A stretch of DNA of 64,000 bases, from positions 1-64,000 of the forward strand of contig JALDZS010000026.1 of NCBI GenBank assembly GCA_022813965.1, in the 5' to 3' direction. Source of the DNA: Toensbergia leucococca (lineage: Eukaryota). Below the pieces are notes generated by a model. That model saw nothing but the letters and a program-made list of their open reading frames with translations, did no database searches and was not told where the DNA came from. The position numbers and the translations under genes are program-made. Positions within the stretch are counted from its first letter, which is position 1, and each line of letters starts with the position of its first letter. Below, in pieces: positions 50,525 through 63,653 of the stretch.

Positions 50525-52754
50525 ATGCTGTCCTCGAAGCTATCGAGATCTGTAGGTCTTGTAGAATACTATGTCTTGGTGATAGAAGCTGATATGACAC
50601 CTGCAGCTACCTCGCGCGACATCTGCTTTCTCCCGCTCACGATCATCTACCACTCGCTCACCTCTAGCCTCGTCCTTCGTTAGATATGCTTCAAATGGCG
50701 GCGAAGAGAAGGTCAAGGGTCAGGTCATTGGTATAGATCTTGGTACGTGCCTACCCCTGCATCTTCGCTATGGCTTGGGGGGGTGCATCGCTCATCAGAT
50801 TCACAGGTACAACCAACTCGGCAGTGGCGGTAATGGAAGGGAAGACGCCCAAAATTATAGAAAACTCCGAAGGTTCGTACTTCATGCTTTACTCAAGCCT
50901 CCTGGACCGACTGACACTTAATCATCAGGTACGAGAACGACGCCTTCCGTCGTTGCTTTTGCTCAAGATGGCGAGCGTTTGGTCGGTATCTCGGCCAAGC
51001 GCCAAGCTGTTGTAAATCCCGAGAACACCCTATTTGCCACAAAGCGCTTGATCGGACGTAAATTCACCGACGCTGAGTGCCAACGAGACATCAAAGAGGT
51101 TCCTTATAAGATTGTACAGCACACCAATGGTGACGCCTGGGTCGAAGCCCGTGGACAGAAATACTCTCCGTCGCAAGTCGGTGGTTTTGTTCTGCAGAAG
51201 ATGAAGGAGACTGCCGAAGCCTACCTGAACAAGAACATAAAAAATGGCGTGGTTACTGTTCCAGCTTACTTTAACGATTCCCAGCGTCAGGCTACAAAAG
51301 ACGCTGGTCAAATCGCAGGTCTAAATGTCTTGCGCGTTGTGAACGAACCTACCGCTGCCGCTCTTGCGTATGGCCTGGAGAAGGAACAAGACAGCGTCAT
51401 AGCAGTCTATGATCTTGGAGGAGGTACTTTCGATATTTCAATTCTCGAGATTCAAGGAGGGGTTTTCGAAGTAAAATCAACGAACGGCGATACACATTTA
51501 GGTGGTGAAGATTTTGACATCACCCTCGTTCGCCACCTTGTCCAGCACTTCAAGAAGGATTCTGGGATTGATCTATCAAATGATCGTATGGCCATCCAGC
51601 GCATCCGTGAAGCTGCTGAAAAGGCAAAGATTGAGCTATCGTCGTCACTACAAACCGATATCAACCTGCCCTACATTACGGCAGATGCCTCGGGCCCCAA
51701 GCATATCAATATGAAGATGTCGCGATCGCAGCTTGAGGCTCTTGTCGAGCCACTTATCGGCCGAACTATCGATCCGGTCAGGAAGGCTTTGAAGGATGCT
51801 AATTTACAAGCCAAAGACATTCAGGAGGTAATCCTGGTCGGGGGTATGACACGGATGCCCAAGGTTACCGAATCAGTTAAGAACATTTTTGGTCGTGATC
51901 CAGCGAAATCTGTCAATCCTGACGAGGCAGTTGCCATGGGTGCTGCTATTCAAGGTGCTGTATTGACTGGCTCAGTCACGGATGTTCTCTTATTAGATGT
52001 TACCCCTCTTTCTCTTGGTATCGAAACCCTCGGCGGTGTTTTCACTCGTTTAATCAACCGCAACACAACAATTCCAACTAAGAAATCGCAAATTTTCTCC
52101 ACGGCAGCGGATTTTCAAACTGCAGTCGAGATCAAGGTGTACCAGGGAGAACGTGAGCTTGTCCGCGACAACAAGCTCCTAGGAAACTTCCAGCTTGTTG
52201 GAATTCCCCCTGCCCACCGAGGCGTTCCCCAGGTTGAGGTTACCTTTGATATTGATGCAGATTCTATTGTTCACGTCCACGCTAAAGACAAGTCTACCAA
52301 TAAGGATCAATCGATTACCATTGCCTCTGGATCCGGCCTTTCAGATAATGAGATTCAGAATATGGTCGACGATGCGGAGCGTTATGGAGAGCAAGATAAG
52401 GAGCGCAAGTCTGCCATCGAAGCGGCTAACCGAGCTGACAGTGTTTTGAATGACACCGAGAAGGCACTCAAGGACTTTGCCGACAAGCTTGACAAGACAG
52501 AGTCCGACCAGATCAAGGAGAAGATTGCAAGTCTGCGGGAGTTTGTTGCAAAGAACCAGACAGGTGAGGGCACAGCGACTGCAGCTGAGCTCAAGGACAA
52601 GACAGATGAGTTACAGATGGCAAGCTTGAACCTTTTCGACAAGATGCACAAGGCTAGGAATGAGGACCAATCAACACCACCGCCGCCACCAGGAAATGCT
52701 GGTGAGACGCCGAGCGAAGAGCCACAAAGTGGCGAGGGCGAGAAGAAGCCGTAG
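50525..52754 (+). CDS. SSC1: Mitochondrial Hsp70 (4 exons)
   Basis: Presequence [21 protein letters not shown]..., [68 protein letters not shown]; no C-terminal EEVD or HDEL. Confidence 0.97.
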
Positions 52755-53327
52755 ACGACATGGTGTTGGAAAAAGTGATTCTTCCCGTCTCATTTAGAGC
52801 CAAATTCAGGTCTCTTGTGTACTCATATCCCCCCTTCGATGAGTCTCGGTTGCTCTATGGGTGATGGACGCCTCTTCTCGTCTTGTGTTCTTATGTTGGT
52901 GGCGACTGTATGTGGATCACATGGGTCTAGCATTTTCGTGTAATTACATAGCCTATGGTCGTTCTAATGGAATAATCTCCTCTCCTCCACTCTGTTATGG
53001 ATTTGCTTCACGATCTGAGTCCTCGGCCTAGCCAGATGAATCCCAAGTTGAATATGTCTCCCAGGTAGAGCCACCCTGCATCTCATGAGCAAATACCGAA
53101 GACTCAAGAGCATTCAAATGAACACTAATACGTTCAACAAGATGTGATGTTGTTGCATTGGTAGCTTCGTAGCCGTGCTTCGTGGGGGTGCTCTTCCTCA
53201 TTCCGAAGCTGAAAACACACCCAACCCATTTTCAATCAACAGTACCCAAGACGACATCAGCTACAATCAGCCATTGCGATCGTTTCCATATTTCTGCAGT
53301 CTCAGTCATTAGTACCAGCTTCTCATC

Positions 53328-54623
53328 ATGGACAAGTTCCAAGCTTTTGGGAAGAACATAACGTACGTGTCTCCTCCTACCCTACCATCGTACCACTCGA
53401 GCAGCTAGCTTTGCCAACCCCCCATTTCCTTGACTGACCCAAGACGATAAAAGATCGTCCTTCACTCCTTTCGCCGCACGAACACAGCAGTATGTCAAAG
53501 AGCAGCTCGGCACCGCTGACGACAAGGTACACAGCCAAGGAGCTTCTCAGATCTACGGCTTATTCCAAGCTGACTGGCTACGCAACCAGACCCAATTGCC
53601 GCCTGACTACATAGATCTCGAGAAGCGTGTAGACGCTCTAAAGCAAGTTCACCAGAAACTCTTGCAAGTCACGTACGTCAAACAGTATCCCGCGAGCACC
53701 GTGCACGTGCTTACTCCCCCCCAAGATCTCAATACTCCAACGAGGCTTACGACTATCCCCCCAACATCCGCGAATCCTTCAATGACCTCGGTCGCACGAT
53801 CACCGACAAGGTTCACCTGCTCTCAAACGCTACTTCCCCATCCGAAGCCCAAGCCGCTTTCACAGCCCCACCCTCCGCAAAGCCTCAACCCAAGACCTTC
53901 AACCACGCCATTGCCCGCGCGTCTCTTGCTGGCTCCCAGCTCCTGACTCAAACCTTCCCGGGAGCTGGTGAAGATCCTCTCGCCACCGCACTCGAAAAAT
54001 ACGCTCTTGCGTCCGAGAAGGTTGGAGAGGCTCGATTAGCTCAGGATGCACAGATCCAGAACCGGTACCTGGCGGGCTGGAACACGACGCTGAACACGAA
54101 CCTGATGTTTGCAACTAGAGCCAGGCGGAGCGTGGAGAATGCGAGATTAGGGCTTGATGCTGCCAAGGCGAAGGCGAAGAGCAGTGCGGGAAGAGGCATG
54201 AACCCGGACGAGGAAATGGTGTCCGAGGCAGCAAGGGCGCAGATTGAGCAGAAGGAAGATGAATTTGTGGCGCAGACTGAGGAGGCCGTGGGTGTGATGA
54301 AGAATGTAGACGGCCTCTTTCCCTTTCAACAAGGGGTTTTCAAAGCGTGCTAATCAAATTGAACTCCGTAGGTCCTGGATACCCCAGAACCCTTACGTAA
54401 CCTTGCCGACTTGATCGCCGCGCAGTTGGAATTCCACAAGAGAGCCTACGAGATCCTTGGTGAGTTGGCGCCTGTGGTGGACGGATTACAGGTCGAACAG
54501 GAGGTATAACTCCCAAATTCTCTTCTAACGATATGCGAACTCGAGCCTTCTACAAAGAGAAACGTGCTAATGATTTTGATCTGAGTTAAGGCTAGCTACC
54601 GCAAGAGCCGTGAGGGTGCTTAG
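53328..54623 (+). CDS. GVP36: BAR-domain protein Gvp36 (6 exons)
   Basis: FTPFAARTQQYVKEQLG, TQLPPDYIDLEKRVDALK, YSNEAYDYPPNIRESF, PKTFNHAIARA, RRSVENARLGLD, EDEFVAQTEEAVGVMKNVLDTPEPL. Confidence 0.88.
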
Positions 54624-56513
54624 AGTAGTGTGAAAGTCTGGATGGTGTGTAGGCTCTCCCATGTACGAGCTTCGCAGATGTTGCTTTGCAGGATCTGATA
54701 TTGCTTGAGGGGTACTAGAGATGTAGTTGGCTGCAAGTCGGATAAGTGGTTCAAGGGTTTTAGCGGGAGAGGTCGGGGGGTTCAGTTTTTATTTTATTTT
54801 TATTCTAGTCTTTGTATGCTCAAGCTCTGTCCTATTATTGATTGAGAAGATGGGACGCTCGTGCCTATGTGGGATAGAATGCAGTATCATGCTTTACGGA
54901 TTCCCTGTGAAATGACAAGTCGATGTTTCTGTACATCTGCTCGCCTGGGGCCTTTGTGATCTACAATCTACATCACGACTTCTGGTAATTTCATTCCGCG
55001 CACACACGGGGTGAACTGATTTCTGTTCTTGTCATTGGAGGGCCTGGATACATGGGAGCCTGAGAGAGAGCTCAACCAGGGTTTCTGAGGGAGGCGACCA
55101 GCATTTCCTGCCACAGCCTTTGCATTATTTTTGTCGTCAATCCCTCCCAGACTGTGAATTTCGTTTTTCTCCCACAATACATCAAGCCTGTTCCCCTTAC
55201 CTCAGCCAGTCTCACAAACATTATGCCCTCGCCCGTTAAGTAAAGAAAAGTTCTCTTCTTGAGAAAAAAAAAGGGGGAAACGACCGCGTTGTCAGAGGTT
55301 ATGATCTTGCACACTCTGATTCTGATCTAAACCCCATTACTTCATATTTCTGTTATCGATTTCTTGAAATCAGGCCTGTGTGAACTGTGAGATTTACTCT
55401 AGCTTTTTGAGGAAAGTTTGACTTGGACACCCCCTTTTTTGGGGCTGGTTTGAGATGGGGGCTGGGAAAGGGGGTTTGGGAGCTTTTTTTTCTTCTGATT
55501 TTTTGGTTGGTTTCATTGTGCCTTTTTTGGGGGGAGGGTAGTGGTGAGGGTGAGGGAAGGGTCGTGGTCTTGGGTTTTTGCTGGTGGATGGCTTCTTTTT
55601 ACTCTTGTTTGGAGGGGCATGTGAATGTCAAGGTGTCTTCGTGTTGGTACTATGCTGGTGTTTTTATTTTTTTTGGTTTTTGGTTTTTGTCATTTCTTTT
55701 TATGGGGGGTCGTTAGTGACAAGCGGGTCACATACCTGGTAAAGAGCACCTAGTGAGATCAAAGAGACAAGTACTGAGTGTTTTGATGGTACAAAACTGC
55801 TGAGGTTGATATCGATTTACAGTACCCAGTCGATTCGCGGCCTTTGTTGACCGTTATATCTCAACATTTTGTAAAATTCTTGAATTTATTGTCTCCCGTC
55901 AATGCTCATCTTGTAGAAATACATCATTGACGCTATGTGATCGGTATTGAGGCAGCACAGTTTGTATAACTTCAATTACTGCATTCTTGAAAATGAGAGA
56001 ATTGGATCCAATCAGGGAATCGGCGTACGCAGTATTGCGGTATCCCCACCATTATCGTCTTCTTAAGTCTGAAATGCAATATGCTCAACATCATCCATCT
56101 TCTGCTCGTGATGTAAACACATTATTTGGCTGCTTAGCTCGGAGGGAAGCGGTGTGCTCTGCGATAGCCGGTCGTGCATACTCTGACATGAACGTCGGAC
56201 GACTCGACTGACTTGAATTGGACCCTCTGGAATTGAGGCTGGTACTCCCCCCAGTCATTTGAGTCGAACTTCTGGTAAAACGTAGCGGGAAACGGAAAAG
56301 GCGGTGCGATTTCGTCGTTGATGGTGTTGCGTTCGATGACGGGGTTTTACCCTGCTTCAACTAGGCATCTTGAGCAAATATGTGATGGCTAGAACGACCA
56401 GTTGAGGATGGATTGAGGCTGTGTGACGAAGGCTGACCATCACCTCTTGCAGGACTCAGAATGCTCCACCCTGTTTCCACCAAAACATAACCCTTCTCAC
56501 CCTCCATCACTCA

Positions 56514-57636
56514 TCACCACCCCACTCCACTTCCCAAACCCACAGCCCCCAAAATCGCCCCCCTCACAACCCACCTCACGCCCGCACCCGCCCCTACCAA
56601 AACCCCAGCGCTCACCCACCGACACCCCAGCAAAATCCTCACGGCCTCGATATTCTGGATCGCGACGGCCCACTCGACACCCCAGGCAACGACGGAGTTG
56701 TTGGCGTCGTCGTATTTCCAGACAACCATTAAAAGGGGGAAGAGGCGCATGCAGGAGGAGACGACAAGGGCTGTGGAGAGGGCGGAGGGAGTGATTTGGG
56801 TGCTTTGATGAGTTGGGGGGTTGGTAATTGATGTTGTTGTGGATGTTGATTGTGGGTAGAAACCGTTGTTATTGTTTGTTTTGGGGTTGAAAGCGGGTAG
56901 GGAGGCGAGGAAGCGGAGGGCCAGGTGGTGAGAGAGGGTTGTGAGGGTGCTGAGGAGGAGGTAGAATATGTATTGGAGGGGGATTGGGAGGGGAGGAATT
57001 GGGGATGATGGTGGTGGGGGGAGAGATTCGATGGTTGACCAGGTTAGGTAGACGTCGAAGAGGAGGAGAAGCGTTCCTAGGCGGAGAATGGAGGGCTAGG
57101 TGTTTGGGTTAATGTCAGCCTGTTGTGGAGAGACACGGGAGTGATGGAAGGATATGGGAGCTTTACGTCCAGGGCGTCGTCTGAGCGCCCGAGGCGGTTG
57201 AAAAGGAGGTGCCTGTAGACCTGAAGAAGACAGACGAGTCAGCTTTCTATCGCAAAGCTTCCTTTCTCTCGCAGTGAGCAAACACCGCCATCTTTCCAAT
57301 CTCACCTCTACCCTAGCTGGCAAAACTCACCTGCGGCTTCACAAGCACCAAATCAATAAATAGCACCACGAAATCGTGCTCAACATATTTGTCGGCAAAG
57401 CGCTTGCAGCGCGGGCATTGCGTCAGTCGCACATCTCCCCCGGCCACACCACTCCCCTTCACCACATCACGGATTCTGCTCGTAGGATTGGTGGGTGCGT
57501 ATGTTTTTGGGGGGATCGACTGGCTGGATTGGTGAGGGGATTGTTTCTGGGGGTTCTTGTTGTTGCTGTTGCTGTTGCTGTGGAGGACGTGGTAGAGCTG
57601 GGGGACAGGGTAGCGGCATTCGATGCATATTGGCAT
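56514..57636 (-). CDS. ARV1: ER sterol/lipid homeostasis protein Arv1 (3 exons)
   Basis: MPICIEC...RLTQCPRCKRFADKYVEHDFVVLFIDLVLVKPQVYRHLLFN, LLLFDVYLTW, STALVVSSCMRLFPLLMVVWKYD. Introns 57221-57330 and 57096-57166; last exon in frame to TGA 56514. Confidence 0.92.
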
Positions 57637-58266
57637 CGCTTGGACGGGGTATCACATGACTGAGACTGAGGGGGAGGGTTGGTGCCGGTGGATGAGAGTT
57701 GAGATAAGAATGCCTCACGCGTGATGGAAATTAGCGAGTCGGATGGATGGTTTAAGGTTGGGGGCTCGGCGGGTAGGGCTTGGGATAAAGGCAGCGGTTG
57801 AGGGCTTGAGGCTGGCGTGGGAAGGCGGATAGGTATTCATCCATGTCTCTATCTGGAACGGGAAGATATGTCCTCGTATTCGGGTATGTTTTTACAAACA
57901 GAGCTCAGCACTGGGCTCTGGAAGATTTCACTGCTTCAATTTGTGGGAAAACAACCTAGTCGTCAGATAGCCGCTTACAAAATCCCACGAGAATCACGCT
58001 CGAAATGCAAACATTAATCGCTAAGGCACCTAACTGATTCACAACGTCATGAGATATCTCTTCACCATCGTCCTCCAAAAACATGATTCTCCAAGAGGTC
58101 CAGCTCGATGTATGGACTTCAGAGATAGTCGGAAACCATGGCAGACTACCCGCTTCAGGAAAGGTCCGGTTCGACTCAGGTCAGAGTGGCCATCATAGCC
58201 TTGATCAGACGAGAGTCCGGAGCTATACCCCGGGTGAGAATAATCAGCCTCCCTCCTCCTCTCCAC

Positions 58267-60077
58267 TTATCGCACAAGGCTCAGCCTACCTTTACGGTCC
58301 TTTTCAATCTTCACTACATCCCGGTCCTTCTCGATAATGATCTCCGTATCGCGTTCCCTATACCGATCTGCTTTTCGGTGTTCCTTCTCAATCTCTCTCT
58401 CAAGCTTCAATGCCTTCTTCTCTGCCTCGAGCGCTCGAATTTCAGCTTTGATGCTACGTTCGTCTTTCCGCCGCTCGGGCATAACGAGAGCAAGCGGTCC
58501 GCTATGCATAGCGTTTGATTCTCCAAAGTCTTCTTCAATGATTTCCCGCCGTTCAATGATCTCACGTTCTGGGGAAGGTGATGAGCGGGAGCGGTGCCGT
58601 GAACGACTCGATTTGGCCGAAGGGGATGGCATGCGTGTGTGACTAGATTTTACAGATGGGGATGATGGACGACGAGTATGGCTTGACTTGGCAGTGGCAG
58701 AAGGGGATGGACGACGAGTATGGCTTGACTTAGCAGTGGCAGTAGGGGATGGGCGACGGGTGTGGCTTGATTTGGCAGAAGGCGACGGTTCACGCCCGCG
58801 ACTCGGTTGGGCGCCAGGGGACAGTTCACCTCTGCTGATAACCTTACTCATGACATCCCACTCACGCACTGAGCGCGGAATGTCTGCCGGTTCTGGGGGT
58901 GTCATGATAATTTCTGTACGGCGCTCAATGACTTGAGGTTCTGGAGGCGGAGGGGGTGCTTCGATCAAGTACGTTGTACGAGCTGCACACCTAGTCAGCA
59001 AGAATGGACTTTTTGTTCAGTTTACAGTAACACTTTACTCTCTTCCTTCTCATTCATCTCCCTACTGATATTGATAACTTCATCAATATGTTCCTTCCCC
59101 AAAGCCTTCAAAATAATTATGGTTTCTCCCTGTTCTTTGATTAGTCTTCTTCGCCCCATTAGTGCCAGTATTAGACTTGCCTCTTCCTCAAAGGGGTAGC
59201 CCAATTCGATGATTGCTCTCTTATTGACCAGTCTCTTCGGCATTTTCGTCTTGCCCCGCCGAGGAAACTCCTTCTCCGGCTCCTCTTCGTCAATTTCGAA
59301 AATTTCTTTCTCCTTGAACTCCACTTCACTCCCTGCTCGTCGGAATATTTCTTTCTCTTTGAATTCCACCTCACTCCCCGCTCTTCTTCTCCTTACCGTG
59401 CTCTTTTCTCTCTCTCTATACCCTCTAAATTCCTCATCCCCGTAGAAATCCGGCTCGGCCACCCTGACTTCCTCAATATCCCTCTCCACATATCTGGGGG
59501 GGCTTCTTCTTCTCCTACTACTGGCAGGAATCGCAATTACCTCGGGCGGCTCTCTCATACGATCTCCGTACCTCGGCATCGGTTTACGATCAAAGGTGTC
59601 CAAACTAGACTGGCGCCTGATAAATGTCGGTCTAGCTGGGCCACGTCGAGACGGAGGCCCATAACCCCTTTCAGCGTGGATGCTCGGCCTCCTCCGACTC
59701 TCGAAAGGAACCATTTGTCCTCTATCAGGACTATCCTCTAATGGATCTATCTCTTCCTCATAGTATCTGCCGGGTCCTCTCCTAGGACGTCTTGCTGGTG
59801 GTGCGAACCTTTCTTCAAAAGCAAATTTCTCTTTCTCCTCGAAGCGTCCTCCTCCCCTAGCGCTACCACCATCGTAAAAAAATTCATCAGCAGAGCTCTC
59901 ACGCCGTCGACCACCTCCACCTCGACCACCTCGAGGTTCGAAGAATTCACGCTCTTCAAAGCGATCACGCTCGATGACGGGAGGGCCACGAGATCGCTCG
60001 GCCCTTTCCCGTTCACGAGTAAAGCGTTCAGGGTCCCAACGTTCACCACCACCGTTGTATCCACCCTGTCGAGACAT
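58267..60077 (-). CDS. Conserved Arg/Glu-rich fungal protein of unknown function (3 exons)
   Basis: RPTFIRRQSSLDTFDRKP, FPRRGKTKMPKRLVNKRAIIELGYPFEEEGETIIILKALGKEHIDEVI, IKAEIRALEAEK, KIEKDRKGRLSLVR. Introns 59130-59180 (GC-AG) and 58983-59038. Confidence 0.8.
58607..58790 (-). repeat. Coding minisatellite, about 36-42-nt unit (PSP..AKSSHTRR), about 5 copies
   Basis: PSPSAKSSHTRRPSPTATAKSSHTRRPSPSATAKSSHTRRPSSPSVKSSHTRMPSPSAKSS; DNA unit gatggacgacgagtatggcttgactt recurs. Confidence 0.9.
59298..59387 (-). repeat. Tandem 45-nt coding duplication (RRAGSEVEFKEKEIF x2)
   Basis: 59298-59342 and 59343-59387 encode identical 15-mers. Confidence 0.95.
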
Positions 60078-61642
60078 TGTGTTTTCCCAACAGGAGGGAA
60101 GTAAACAACCAGACTAGCTGTTCGTAAAGGACGATGTCAGAAAAGTGGATGACGTGGATCAAATCCCAGCCAGGGTTCAGATCAGCTGGTGAAATATGTC
60201 AAACTATCTTGACCCGCAGTCGTAGTCGAAATGGTAAGAGTTTATCTGAGCTCAACATGGGACGATCATATTTGCAGGATTTGGTATCCAAGGTCAGGAT
60301 GGGTTGAATTTGCAGTGTTGACCAAATTCCCGTGACATGTGGTGATGACGAAAGGTGGTTGAACACGAAGCAGGATCCCACTGGTGTAGAGTGCATGCAG
60401 ATCTGTAATCTATATTTGTTGACTAAACCATGTACGGACATTGAAACATTGATATCTTACCTACCTTGTGCGGATAGGTTTAGCACAATACCACGATACC
60501 TCGTCCTTTTGCACATCTAGGTAATGTAACAAATGGGAGCTACGGTATGCTGGCTACCTTAGATATCAAAAATCATAGTAATGAAAATATTTATCAATGT
60601 TCATCTGATCATACCTTAAGACTTGAACCTATTTTCTAATATCTAAAATAGAGTTAAGATTAAAATGTCTGACTTCAGATTCTACGAGTACAAAGAGACA
60701 ATGAGTCATGTGATCAGGTATCTGAGTGAGATCACTGCATTGAATATGACAACGGGTAGAGGTAGTATTCATGCATCTCTAGTGTAATTGTAACGATAGT
60801 GAAATGAATGGTGAGAGGAATGGTGAGGGGGCTCAAGGCTAATTTCATGACCAGGCATGTCATCGTTGATGCCCAACATCTGCTACTGCAAAGAAGCACC
60901 GCTAATGTTCAAAGAACCAGGTTTCTAGAAGTAAAAGATGTTTCACTCTTTATGTTGAGGAAAGCTTGCCTGGCGGTCTATAGAGGCTACAAAAAGCCTC
61001 CTCAGAATGCAGCCGCATATAAGATCACAACATGTAGGTGTTTAAGCATCTCCGTTCTGAGCTCTGGATCAAGCTCGTCATGAAACACCTCCTTGCAAAT
61101 GTTCCCATTCAAGAATAAAAGACTCTATTTGAAAATGCCACCCCTTTCCTCTGATTCTAGTAATAACCCTGGCCGAGATTACCCAAATGATACCAATAAC
61201 TTTCCACGTCAGGACGCTTTTGCATCTTACCCAGCCCTCGACGCCTATGCTCCAGTGCATTCCCGTTCGGCACATCTAAACCTATTTCCCAGCCTTAGGT
61301 ATATAGCGCCAGAGCAATGATTGTCATCCGTCGTGTATCAATCGCAAATGCCAAAATCAGAGAAGAACAAAGTGAACTGAATTGAGGGAGCAAAAGTTTC
61401 AAAAGCTAATAAGAAAGGTTGCAGCTACAACTGATAGAAAGATTATTGGTGGCGGGAGAAGCATTACAACCAGAATGGATAGAGTAGACCATCCACATCC
61501 CAGGCCTGTCCCAGTCTGCAGAGCATTCATAGCCAGGAGCAAGATAGCCCCCACAATAGAAATCAGATACCAGCTGACGATAGTGGCGAAGCTCAAAGAA
61601 TGGTAGGAATTTGGCTGTATGCACAGCACAAGCCATCCGACC

Positions 61643-63653
61643 TCATAGAGCTGGCGTCTCCGGGTAGTATCCTTTACTACTTGCTACCCCTTGGAATCGT
61701 CCGCAGCTTGATCGGGCATTGGCAACGTTGTTGAAAGAATCTGACTGCCAGGTGCTGCTAGAGCTTGGAAGTCGATAACCTTGGAACGATCCGTTGGATT
61801 CATTGTGGTGTAAAATGGGCCTAGCCTCATGATTGATGGACTGTCTTTCCGGGGAATTATTCACGTAGCCATACGTAGTCTGATGCTGGGATGATGAAGA
61901 ACGAGCGTCAAGCTTGAGTGCGTTGGAACGAATCGACGGATGTTGAGGTCGGCATGACTGGCCGTGTACGGGAGCTTCGAGAAGAGTAGAGGGATAGTAC
62001 TGATACCCTGGAGGGTCGTCGATGGCATGAGCTTCCTCTGTTGTGATCATAGGATCCTCAGGGCGCTCGAGAGTCACACCTCCAGCGCTGCCATAACTAG
62101 ACGATGTGGATGTGGATGAAGGAACGGAATGGCTGCCAGACGGAGAGTGATTTAGAGATGCGTGGTGAGCCTGGTAATGGCCTCCTCCTAGTCGATTAGA
62201 ATTAGAGTAAGAAATTCCAGTCATACCGTTGCGCGAACTCGATGGTCCGGCTGAGTTTGGGTCTCTTGGCCCTCCAGTACTGTCGCCACTAGACCCACCG
62301 CCAGGGGGCATGCTCGTTGAGCTACCTCTACGCTCGTCGGAGTAATGACCGGGGGAACGTCCTCGCACAACCATGGGAGCCGACAATCGTGAGGCTACCT
62401 TGATCCACTGACCTTCTGAAGATTTGCTGCTCGAAATCTCAACGAAGAGCTCCACAACAATGTGAAAATACTGCTGCGCTGCCCGCCTCTTACCGTTATT
62501 CGCGGTAGCATTCTTAAATTGGATCCTATCGAAATTTGCAATCGTTTGACTCGATTGCTGATTTGACGAAGACGCCGCATAGTCGAACTCGGAAGAAAGC
62601 TGTGCGCTAGGACTCAGCCCCCCTGCCGTCTCTGAAAACAAGCTTGGTGATCCAGGAGGTTGTGGTAGTAACTTTATCTTTTCAGGGTGGCCCAATGGAC
62701 CCTTATCCCGCTTTGGCGTATGCTGAACCAATTCAATAACTCTCCCATCTTCACCATCCACCCTAGCGGTTATGGACATTGCCCACGACTTAATAAGATC
62801 AACATTTGCCATAGTCGTACGCTTCAAATAGAGTGGCTCGGACGTAGGCGCCACAGCTGGTGTGAGGTTGTAGTAACATGCTACCGAAAAGTAGTTGCGC
62901 CGGTAACAGGTCCAATCCTGCTCGGCTTTGAAGAAGCCTTTATCAATCTTCGCTTGCAGCTTAGGATGTACATGCGAGCCTTTAGCATCAATGATAGGAT
63001 ATAATTGCTTCGTGTTGTCAAAAGGAGGTACATTTTGTGTGTTGTGCGAGCCAAGCGTGAAAGGGTTAGTAGCATCAGGTGTTATAGTAGCATTTGAGAG
63101 GCTGAAGGCAGCACTTGTAGACGAAGGCATCGTGTTCGTGGATGAATCAAGACCTCTAGGAGCGGGCAACATCGGCGACGATGGCGAATGAGATAGGTAA
63201 GTATTCTGATTCCCATGGACTAATCCCGCGTGCCTTTGGAGACGAGGAGTTGAAGTCGTGTAATTCTCCCTTCCGGTCGCACCCCTTGATGGTGACACTG
63301 GCGTCCGACTCCCAGGAGAGTGCGAGGGAGGCGGCATACCCGAGGTTGATGGACTAGTTCTCGTGGAAAGTAGTCAGACAAAAAGATAAGCCTGGTTCAA
63401 CTGGAACAAGATTGGGAGGACAAGCATGCGAGAAGGGAACACACATTGATGTTGGTTGAGATCTTATGTCGTACATGTACGTCTGCGAGCAATTCAACGC
63501 TGAGGGATATAGCGCTGGCGCAGTCGAAGAGAAGCTCCCGATAGTATTGGAGCCATTCGGGAAAAAGTTAGTGTGCGGTGTGAACACAAAGGAAGATGCG
63601 GCTGAGCTTGGGCTTGTTGACGTAGAGCCGCAGCTTGAATTCAATGGACTCAT
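61643..63653 (-). CDS. NDT80/PhoG-family (p53-like) transcription factor, NdtA/FSD-1-like (2 exons)
   Basis: IDKGFFKAEQDWTCYRRNYFSV, ELVQHTPKRDKGP, FDRIQFKNATANNGKRRAAQQYFH, VVRGRSPGHY. A probable intron at 63354-63444 joins an upstream exon starting at ATG 63653. Confidence 0.9.

Noticed and set aside
42789..57636. YPK1, GVP36, ARV1 (and FAA1) as a lipid-homeostasis gene cluster
   Set aside because: Interspersed with unrelated housekeeping genes, and no shared motif seen; a functional cluster is not supported.
61399..61629. Hydrophobic 76-aa ORF just downstream of the NDT80 gene
   Set aside because: Non-ATG start, lies in the expected 3' UTR, and the hydrophobicity follows from T-richness.
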